From an uncultured Gammaproteobacteria bacterium (GTDB taxonomy: Bacteria; Patescibacteriota; Patescibacteriia; Patescibacteriales; BS150m-G62), in assembly GCA_964569045.1 (NCBI GenBank), contig CAZMSR010000003.1, positions 23,492-87,491 on the forward strand: a DNA stretch of 64,000 nt, in the 5' to 3' direction. Shown here piece by piece: positions 50,927 to 58,238 of the stretch (the first letter of the stretch is position 1; each line of letters begins with the position of its first letter). The notes below the pieces were generated by a model. The model worked only from the letters and a program-made list of their open reading frames with translations. It made no database searches and was not told where the DNA came from. The translations under genes and the position numbers were made by a program.

Positions 50927-52324
50927 TTATTTATATGTGATTGGAATTACAAGTTTGACTATTGTGCCTTTTCCATATTCGCTTTTAATGTCAATTAAGC
51001 CTTTAAAATCTTTTTTAATAATTTTTTGCGTGGTATATAAGCCAAGACCCATTGTTTGTTTTGTTGTGAAAAATGGTTTAAAAATATTATTTATTACTCC
51101 TTTTTTTATTCCAGGGCCGGTGTCTTTTATTGTGATAATAATTTTTTTGTTTTTTTGAATTAATTCAATAAATATAGAGCAAGGTGTTTTATTATTTTTT
51201 GTTTTAGCACAAGCATCAGTAGCATTGCTTAATATATTAGTTAATACTTGGTTTAGTTTAAATTTATTGCCATATGTTATAATTTTTGTACTCGGCTTAT
51301 TGAAAAAAATTTTAGCTCTACTTTTTTTGGTTTTATAATCAAGTACTGATATGCAATCATCGATTTCGTCTATGACTGAGAAGTAAGTGTCAGTATTACT
51401 TTGTTTGATTTGTTTTTGAGCTGCATTTAAATATTTTTTTACATTTTCGAGATTATTATTTGCTTCGTCTACTGTTTTTTGTATATTAGGTGGTAATTTT
51501 ACGTTTTGCCTTTTGTCGGTTTTTAATTCTTCGATATTTAAATAAACTGTTTGTAAGTGATTTACTAAATCATGAAAAATACCTCCAGATAACTGGCCAA
51601 ATTCATAAAAATGATATAATTGTCCAATTCGTTTTTTTTGCTCTTTTGCTAAATCTTTTGTGCGTTTTTCTACTTTTTCCTCAAGTAAATCACGTTCTTT
51701 TTTAAGTGCTTTTTCTGATTTTCTTGCACGTTTTAATGATTTGTCGAGCTCTCTATTGTATAGCCAGGTTATTGATACTATAATCATTAAAGTGAATCCG
51801 GCAATTGATGCATCACCTAGATTTGTTGGGGTATTTTTCCATGTTGATATTGGGTTTAGAATATGTAATTGTTGTAAGTATGTTAATAGAATTAGTGAAG
51901 CAAAACATATGAGTGTAGTTATTATTGCGATTCTAGTACTAATTAATATAGCTGCCATTGTTATTATTAGTGCATACATTAGTCTTCCTGCTGGCATGTC
52001 AGCTCCCCATGAAATAAAAGAGGATAGTGTAATTAAAAATAAAAAACTTACTAAAATATATGATGAAAAAATAACTTTTTTCTTTTTTGTTAGGATAAAT
52101 AATGTTATGAAGAAAATTGTAATTGCTGTTAATATTAATGGATTGATTTGTTGCTCGGAATACTGTGCTGTATTTAACGTACTTAATATAACTCTTAAAG
52201 TTCCAACGGCTGATAATATTATTGAACCTAATAAAAGTATATATAATATGAATTCTTTACGAGCTAGATCTTCGTTAGTCGAGTTTGGCTGAATAAGTCT
52301 TTTTGTTAGTTTTAATAGTTTCAT
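50927..52324 (-). CDS. Membrane sensor histidine kinase (about 6 TM, no large extracellular domain)
   Basis: Hydrophobic N-terminal ~190 aa, coiled coil, GIFHDLVN H-box, NILSNA, DTGPGI, FKPFFTTK, GLGL. Confidence 0.92.
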   Translation of the reverse strand: MKLLKLTKRLIQPNSTNEDLARKEFILYILLLGSIILSAVGTLRVILSTLNTAQYSEQQINPLILTAITIFFITLFILTKKKKVIFSSYILVSFLFLITLSSFISWGADMPAGRLMYALIITMAAILISTRIAIITTLICFASLILLTYLQQLHILNPISTWKNTPTNLGDASIAGFTLMIIVSITWLYNRELDKSLKRARKSEKALKKERDLLEEKVEKRTKDLAKEQKKRIGQLYHFYEFGQLSGGIFHDLVNHLQTVYLNIEELKTDKRQNVKLPPNIQKTVDEANNNLENVKKYLNAAQKQIKQSNTDTYFSVIDEIDDCISVLDYKTKKSRAKIFFNKPSTKIITYGNKFKLNQVLTNILSNATDACAKTKNNKTPCSIFIELIQKNKKIIITIKDTGPGIKKGVINNIFKPFFTTKQTMGLGLYTTQKIIKKDFKGLIDIKSEYGKGTIVKLVIPITYK

Positions 52325-52337
52325 GTTAAATTATTCT

Positions 52338-52374
52338 AAAAACTAGCTGGATGATATTATGAACATCCAGCTAG
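52338..52374 (-). terminator. Intrinsic terminator/stabilising hairpin after peptide gene
   Basis: Perfect 11-bp stem CTAGCTGGATG/CATCCAGCTAG followed by TTTTT on the minus strand. Confidence 0.75.
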
Positions 52375-52384
52375 ATGGGTGTAT

Positions 52385-52498
52385 TTATTCTCCTCCCCAA
52401 GGATTGCCACCACCAGCAACAGTAACAACAAATGCAGCTAGGCTTGCAGAATTTCTTCCAGCTTTAGTTGATAAAGCTTTTTCGATTAAATTTTTCAT
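52385..52498 (-). CDS. Putative 37-aa precursor peptide (ComX-like, Trp fourth from C-terminus)
   Basis: MKNLIEKALSTKAGRNSASLAAFVVTVAGGGNPWGGE; GC-richer than its flanks; -10-like TACAAT 6 nt before ATG; downstream terminator. Confidence 0.72.
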   Translation of the reverse strand: MKNLIEKALSTKAGRNSASLAAFVVTVAGGGNPWGGE

Positions 52499-52768
52499 TG
52501 TAATATTGTATTTTAGCAGAAAATATTCTTTTATTGAATCGCGCAATTTAACAAAAGAGTGATTTGCTAAAAAAATGTTTGTAAAAGTGCTCTTTCGACC
52601 TTTTTCAAAATTAATTATATTAATTTTAATAAAGAGCCTTATATGTTGATAATTATATATATAGACAGTTGAAATAAATTTAATAAAAAAATAAAATAAA
52701 AATAAAATCGAAATAAAAAAAAGAGCATTGCATTGCGCTTTGCTCAATTATAAAGAACGATTTTTTGT

Positions 52769-53698
52769 TTAATTTTTTTGTTGTACAGTAACTGTTACTT
52801 GATTGCCCAGTTGGTTATATTCAAGAGTATCAAAGCTTATTTTTTTGGCCATGGCAATGCCTCGTCCGTGTAAATGTGTTACTCGGAGTGGGTCAATTTC
52901 TAGATATTTTTGCCAGTTAAATCCATGACCATCATCTCTGATGGTAAAGACAAGATTATTGTTTGAGTCTTCATGGTAGTGAACTATCACTAATTTTTTT
53001 CTGTATTCTGCTTTTTTAAGACGTCTTTTGATTTCCTCTTCCCACATACCTTCGCTTATTAGCATTGTTTTTTCTTCGTAGGTAATGCCTAAGTTACCAT
53101 GCTCCACGGCATTTATTAATAGCTCTAGAAAACCAACGCCTACAGAGCCTGGGTTATGGCAAAGAGCTGCAAGTATTTTGGCTAAATTATGAGTTTCTTC
53201 AAGGCTTCTTATAGTAAATCTTTTGGTAGGTGGTTTTTTATCTCTATTTGAAGATATTTGTTGTAGTGTGAGATAGTTATTACGGTCTATTAATGCAGTT
53301 TTTATTAATGCAAGTAGCGTTTCTCTTTTAAATGGTTTTGTTAAATAGAAATAGGCTCCAGCATTAATCCCTTTTTGAATTTCTCTTGGGTTAGCGCGCG
53401 CTGTTTGCATTATAATTTGATTTGAATGAAGTCTATTTGAATGTTGAATTTTTTCAAGTATCTCAAGACCACTCATTTTTGGCATCATCCAGTCAAGTAA
53501 TACGAGGTCATAATTTGTATCTGCTTTTAGTATCTTATTCCAAGCTTCTTCTCCGTTAGTTGCTGTCTCAACTTGATATTCGGTTTCATCCAAGAATTCT
53601 TTTATGATCATAAGCATGTAAGGTTCGTCGTCGACTGCAAGAATTCTTGGTTGTTTTTTTGGTTTATCAGATAAGATTGGAATTTGTGAGTTAAGCAT
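52769..53698 (-). CDS. Response regulator with C-terminal HATPase_c (anti-sigma-like) domain
   Basis: ILAVDDE, LLDWMMP, QTA, LTKP; ELLINAVEHGN, IRDDG.GF, GRGI; SD GGAG before ATG 53698. Confidence 0.85.
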   Translation of the reverse strand: MLNSQIPILSDKPKKQPRILAVDDEPYMLMIIKEFLDETEYQVETATNGEEAWNKILKADTNYDLVLLDWMMPKMSGLEILEKIQHSNRLHSNQIIMQTARANPREIQKGINAGAYFYLTKPFKRETLLALIKTALIDRNNYLTLQQISSNRDKKPPTKRFTIRSLEETHNLAKILAALCHNPGSVGVGFLELLINAVEHGNLGITYEEKTMLISEGMWEEEIKRRLKKAEYRKKLVIVHYHEDSNNNLVFTIRDDGHGFNWQKYLEIDPLRVTHLHGRGIAMAKKISFDTLEYNQLGNQVTVTVQQKN

Positions 53699-54863
53699 GG
53701 TTTTCTCCACTTTTAAGCTCCTGGTAGGATTTTTTAATATCATGGATTTGAGGTAGAATTCTGAAAAAAGCATTAACTAACTCAGGGTCGAATTGTTCGC
53801 CTCTTTCTTTTTTTATAAGGTCAAGTGCTTGCTCTTCTTTCCATGCAGATTTATAAGGTCTTTTTGAGGTTAGGGCATCATAAACATCGGCGACTGCAAC
53901 TATTCGACCCGGAAGTGGTATATTTTTGCCTTTTAATCCATTTGGGTATCCATTACCATTCCATTTTTCATGGTGAGTTAGAGCTATGATTCGACCCATT
54001 TCAACTAATTTTGAAGTTGGATTAGCAAGTATTTTGGCACCAATAATTGTGTGTGCATTCATTATTTGACGTTCTTCTGCAGTAAATTTACCTGGCTTAA
54101 GTAAGATGTCATCTCTAATTCCGACTTTTCCGATATCATGCATGGGGGCTGCATAAATATAAGCATCTGCCTGGTAGTTGCTTAGATTGATTGCTAAAGC
54201 CAATTGTTTAGAATACTGACTAACCCGCTTAACATGCATTCCGGTTTCATCGTCACGTATTTCTCCTGTCATACCAAGTCTATGCATTAAATCAATTTGA
54301 GTGGCAAGAATTAATTTGTGTTGTTTTTGACTTTTTTCATATTGATTCTTTAGTCGTATCTTTTGGTCTTTTAGTCTTATTGTACTTTCTTGTAATAATT
54401 GGTTAAGGTTTGAATTTTGTTGCTTTAGTTCTATTTGAGTTAAGTGCAGTTCAAGCAGATTTTTTACCCGTAATAAAAGCTCTTGTCGCTTAAAGGGCTT
54501 AATGAGAAAGTCTCTGACTAAAGAGGTTTTTAGAGCTTTATTGCGTGTGTTTTCATCATTTTTTGCTGATAGGATTATGATCGGTCCATGATGTGATTTA
54601 TCTTGAATCGCTTTAAGTAAGTCAAAACCATTCAAGATAGGCATTACAATATCTAAGAGAATTAAATCAAAGGTTTCTCGAGTTAAAAGGTTTAGTCCTG
54701 TAACTGGTATTGTTGTGGATTGCACGTTTGTGTAGCCCTCCATTTCGAGAAATTCTCGCAAAATTACATTATTTTGCTCTTCATCGTCAATGATGAGAAT
54801 CCTTGCATTCATTGCTGTTTTAGGTTGTATCATTATTTTATTCCTTTGATTGTTTGTCCTCAT
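53691..54863 (-). CDS. Response regulator with HD-GYP phosphodiesterase domain (RpfG-like)
   Basis: REC (ILIIDDE, LLDIVMP, KPF), H..RV, HDIGK, HHEKW.G.GYP, ADVYDAL...RPYK; start may be 54833. Confidence 0.93.
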   Translation of the reverse strand: MRTNNQRNKIMIQPKTAMNARILIIDDEEQNNVILREFLEMEGYTNVQSTTIPVTGLNLLTRETFDLILLDIVMPILNGFDLLKAIQDKSHHGPIIILSAKNDENTRNKALKTSLVRDFLIKPFKRQELLLRVKNLLELHLTQIELKQQNSNLNQLLQESTIRLKDQKIRLKNQYEKSQKQHKLILATQIDLMHRLGMTGEIRDDETGMHVKRVSQYSKQLALAINLSNYQADAYIYAAPMHDIGKVGIRDDILLKPGKFTAEERQIMNAHTIIGAKILANPTSKLVEMGRIIALTHHEKWNGNGYPNGLKGKNIPLPGRIVAVADVYDALTSKRPYKSAWKEEQALDLIKKERGEQFDPELVNAFFRILPQIHDIKKSYQELKSGENHA

Positions 54864-54929
54864 TTTTAAAAACGTAAATGCAGCGAATTGGTTTTTTCTT
54901 GAAACGAGCTTGCTATTTAACCTAATTTT

Positions 54930-55003
54930 CTAAGTGGCTAAAGAGAATATGCTTTGAATGTTGCTGTTATCGTCAATAATTAAAATTGTCTTTGTTTTTT
55001 TGT
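54930..55003 (-). pseudogene. Relic of a receiver-domain N-terminus
   Basis: One frame reads KTKTILIIDDNSNIQSIF and then stops; no in-frame ATG. Confidence 0.4.
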
Positions 55004-56155
55004 CTATTTTGTGTTTTCTTTTTCATTGCAAATTGGGAGGGTGATCTCAAAGCTGGCGCCGACTTTGCTGTTATTTTTACAAGTTATATTGCCATTATGA
55101 GCTAGTATAATTTCTTTGCATATTGCTAGTCCGAGTCCTGTGCCTCCGGTCTTTTGGTTGTTATTATGACTTTGAGTGAATTTATTGAATATATTTTTTA
55201 GCTCTGTCTCCGGAATTCCACAGCCTTGGTCTCTGATTATAATTCTAAATGAGTTATTTTTATCTTTTGAGATAATTATTTTTATTAGCCCACCTTGGTT
55301 AGAAAATTTTATGGCATTGCTCAAGATATTCTGAATTACACGTAATATTTTAATTTTGTCAGCGGTTATTTGAAGATGTTGCTCTTTGGATTCAAAATGT
55401 AAGTGTAATTTTTTTTCTTTAATTAATAGTTTTACTGAATCTAATTCTTTGTTTATAGCGCTTATTAGATCAAAATTTTCTTTATTGAGATCCACTAACC
55501 CTGATTCAAGTTTAGCTAAATCAAGTAAGTCATTTATTAAGGATAATTGCTTTGCTTGACTTTCTTGAATTCCTTCTAAAAATAATGTTATTTTGTCCAA
55601 GTCTTCTTTGATTTCACTTGAAGTTGCCAGAGAATTGATTGAGGTTAGTTCTGTAAGACGTTTTGCTTTTATTTTGGCAAGATAAGCTAAATTCTTAATT
55701 ATGTGCAAAGGTGTTCTAAGATCATGGCTTATATTGGAAAGGAATTCGGTTTTAGCACGATTTGCATTTTCTGCTGCTTGTTTTGCCTCTATCAAACCTT
55801 TTTCAAAAGTTTTTCTAACCGTTAAGTCGCGGATAACACCAATAAATAGCTCTTTCCCAAGAAAATTAAATTCGCAAAGATTTAATTCTAGGTAAAAAGT
55901 GGAACCATTTTTATGTAGTCCAAACATTTCTTTTTCATATTCGTTTTTAGAGAAATAGTCTTGAATACCTTTAAAATGAAATGAAGTAGGAATAATGGTT
56001 TTTAAATTACATCCCATTAATTCATATGAACTGTAGCCAAACATTTTTTTTGTAGCAGGATTTGCAAAAACTATCTCACCATATGTGTTTATGGCAAGTA
56101 CCCCATCATTTGTATTGTTTGCGTTTTTTGTTGTTGAATGCGCGTAATGGTCCAT
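55004..56155 (-). CDS. Cytoplasmic PAS-domain histidine kinase
   Basis: PAS (G.I.FANPA..MFGY...EL.G), SHDLRTPL, NILSNAIKF, DQGCGI, GGTGLGL; SD AGAGG. Confidence 0.92.
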   Translation of the reverse strand: MDHYAHSTTKNANNTNDGVLAINTYGEIVFANPATKKMFGYSSYELMGCNLKTIIPTSFHFKGIQDYFSKNEYEKEMFGLHKNGSTFYLELNLCEFNFLGKELFIGVIRDLTVRKTFEKGLIEAKQAAENANRAKTEFLSNISHDLRTPLHIIKNLAYLAKIKAKRLTELTSINSLATSSEIKEDLDKITLFLEGIQESQAKQLSLINDLLDLAKLESGLVDLNKENFDLISAINKELDSVKLLIKEKKLHLHFESKEQHLQITADKIKILRVIQNILSNAIKFSNQGGLIKIIISKDKNNSFRIIIRDQGCGIPETELKNIFNKFTQSHNNNQKTGGTGLGLAICKEIILAHNGNITCKNNSKVGASFEITLPICNEKENTK

Positions 56156-56253
56156 TGCTTTTCCTCTATGTTATTAATTTTTAATGATCATGGCACAAGT
56201 TTGAGCCTAAGTAATTTATGCATTATTCCTGATGAAAATTATTTAATAAAAAA

Positions 56254-56270
56254 ATGACAAATTTATGACA
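56254..56270. promoter_or_regulatory. Pho-box-like direct repeat (OmpR/PhoB-family site)
   Basis: ATGACA-N5-ATGACA (TGTCAT-AAATT-TGTCAT on the minus strand), 11-bp period, between divergent signalling genes. Confidence 0.5.
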
Positions 56271-56344
56271 TTTTTTTGCTAATATTGCAATTTTTATTTT
56301 AATATGTTAATTTGAAAAATTATTTATTATTAAATTATAGATAA

Positions 56345-57013
56345 ATGAAAATTTTATTAATAGAGGATGATGCAAAATTGGCAAAAGAATTGAAAAAAAA
56401 ATTGGAGCATGATTTTTTTGTTGTTGATATTGCTGATAATGGAGAGCGTGGATCTTTTTTGGCAAGAACTAGTAGTTATGATTTAATAATACTAGATAAT
56501 ATTTTGCCAAAAAAAGAAGGCAAGGATGTTCTTCATGAGATACGAGATGATAAAAAAAATACATTAATTTTAGTATTAAGCATTAAATTTGAGCCTGGTT
56601 TAAAAACAGAGTTGTTAAATGCCGGAGCAGATGATTATATGCAAAAACCTTATTCTTATCAGGAATTAAAGGCACGAATTAATGCACTTCTAAGAAGAGC
56701 GACGCAAATAAATAATGTTGTTATGAAAATTGGCGCTTTAGAAATAGATACAGGATCTTATAGTGTAAAATATTTAAATAAAAATATTACACTCACTCGT
56801 AAAGAATTTTTATTTTTAGAGTATTTGGGAAGAAATAAAAATAGGGTGGTAAGCAGAGGGGGAATTATAGAGAATGTGTGGGATGTGAATGCAGATTTAT
56901 TTTCCAATGCTATAGAAGCCACTGTTTTAAGGCTTAGAAAAAAATTCAAAAAAATAACAAAAGTTAATATTATTGAAACTATTAATGGTGTGGGGTATAG
57001 AATTAAATGTTAA
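56345..57013 (+). CDS. OmpR/PhoB-family response regulator
   Basis: MKILLIEDD, ILD, GADDY..KP, LTRKEF, wHTH ending G.GY. Confidence 0.94.
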   Translation: MKILLIEDDAKLAKELKKKLEHDFFVVDIADNGERGSFLARTSSYDLIILDNILPKKEGKDVLHEIRDDKKNTLILVLSIKFEPGLKTELLNAGADDYMQKPYSYQELKARINALLRRATQINNVVMKIGALEIDTGSYSVKYLNKNITLTRKEFLFLEYLGRNKNRVVSRGGIIENVWDVNADLFSNAIEATVLRLRKKFKKITKVNIIETINGVGYRIKC

Positions 57014-57017
57014 ATAA

Positions 57018-57290
57018 ATGGAATTGATTAAATTTATTAAAATTAAAAAAATTGTACGAAGTGAAATTGACAAATATATAAATGAAAATAAGCATTTATT
57101 GTCAACTGATGATGCTTATAATATTAATTGTGGTTTAAAGCCTAGGATTGTTGTTAATTCTATAGCTAAGGCGTGCCGCGAATGCAAAAAAGGAGGTTAT
57201 GTAAAACATGAAAATACAAATGATTGTTATTTGAGGATATTTGAGTATGGTACAAAATATGCTACAAAATATTTGTCTAAACTAAAATAG
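57018..57290 (+). CDS. Hypothetical protein
   Basis: 90-aa ORF starting just after the regulator stop codon. Confidence 0.5.
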   Translation: MELIKFIKIKKIVRSEIDKYINENKHLLSTDDAYNINCGLKPRIVVNSIAKACRECKKGGYVKHENTNDCYLRIFEYGTKYATKYLSKLK

Positions 57291-57292
57291 TA

Positions 57293-57964
57293 TTATTTTT
57301 CGTTTATTATGTAACCTCTGCCAGGAACTGTAATAATAATTTTTGTGTTTGTAATTTTTTTGAATTTTTTTCTAAGATTTAAGATGTGGCTTTCAATTGT
57401 ATTTGAAAAAGCATCAGCATTGATATCCCATACTTTTTCCATTAACTCAGCTCTTGATATTATATTTCCTCTATTCTCAGCTAAGTATTTTAATATTAAA
57501 AATTCTTTGCGTCTTAAATATACATCATTATTATTGTACCTTACTTGATTTTTATTGGTATTTATTACAAGCATATTAATATTAATTATGTTTGATTTTA
57601 TTGTAGGTTTTCTTCTTAGTAGTGCTTTTATTCTTGCTTTTAATTCTTGATATGAATAGGGCTTTACTAAATAATCGTCAACACCAGAATTAAATAAATC
57701 AACTTTATCATTAATGTCAAATTTTATTGTAAGCATTATTATTGGAGTATCTATATTTTCATTTCTGATTTCGGTACAAATTTTTTTCCCATTTTTTTCA
57801 GGTAGCACATAGTCGAGGATTATTAGGTCATAGTTATTGGTGCGAGCCCAGAAAGATCCTTTTGTTCCATTTTTTGTCCAATCAACTACATAACAATCTT
57901 GCTCTAAATATTTTTTTAACAAAAAGCCTGTTTTTTGATCATCTTCAATTAAGAGTATTTTCAT
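57293..57964 (-). CDS. OmpR/PhoB-family response regulator (paralog of 56345-57013)
   Basis: MKILLIEDD, YDLIILD, DDYLVKPYSYQELKARI, KEF, TVPGRGY. Confidence 0.94.
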   Translation of the reverse strand: MKILLIEDDQKTGFLLKKYLEQDCYVVDWTKNGTKGSFWARTNNYDLIILDYVLPEKNGKKICTEIRNENIDTPIIMLTIKFDINDKVDLFNSGVDDYLVKPYSYQELKARIKALLRRKPTIKSNIININMLVINTNKNQVRYNNNDVYLRRKEFLILKYLAENRGNIISRAELMEKVWDINADAFSNTIESHILNLRKKFKKITNTKIIITVPGRGYIINEK

Positions 57965-57973
57965 TTATCCACA
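57965..57973 (+). promoter_or_regulatory. DnaA box
   Basis: Perfect TTATCCACA upstream of nrdA. Confidence 0.55.
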
Positions 57974-58079
57974 GTTAAATTTTTTATTACTTATAATGAT
58001 ACTATAGTTTTTTTATTTTTTTAACTAATCCTGGCAAATTTGATGCAAATTTTTCTTGTGATATAATAAGAAAGCATTG

Positions 58080-58128
58080 AATCTATATATAGTGGTTTGT
58101 TCAGTGTTTACAGTACTATATATTGTGT
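58080..58128. promoter_or_regulatory. Tandem NrdR boxes upstream of nrdAB
   Basis: AATCTATATATAGTGG (58080-58095) and GTACTATATATTGTGT (58113-58128); starts 33 bp apart. Confidence 0.88.
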
Positions 58129-58238
58129 ATGAATGATTTTAGTGAATTTTGTCATATTAGATAAACATACTTCTATTATGCACTTGTATAATAAATTATA
58201 TTTTTTATAAAAAGTGTAAGTTTAGAAGTTTTAAATTG

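Noticed and set aside
51660-52292. 210-aa + strand ORF, and the other short antisense or nested ORFs in the track (e.g. 5334-5633, 25055-25444, 29791-30177, 47260-47658, 58403-58732, 63437-63619)
   Set aside because: Shadows of well-supported genes on the opposite strand or in another frame; no motifs or start signals
52499-52747. N-terminal 83 codons of the 120-aa ORF-track call
   Set aside because: TTG start and AT-rich, F/I/K-biased translation typical of intergenic DNA; better start and promoter-like signals at ATG 52498
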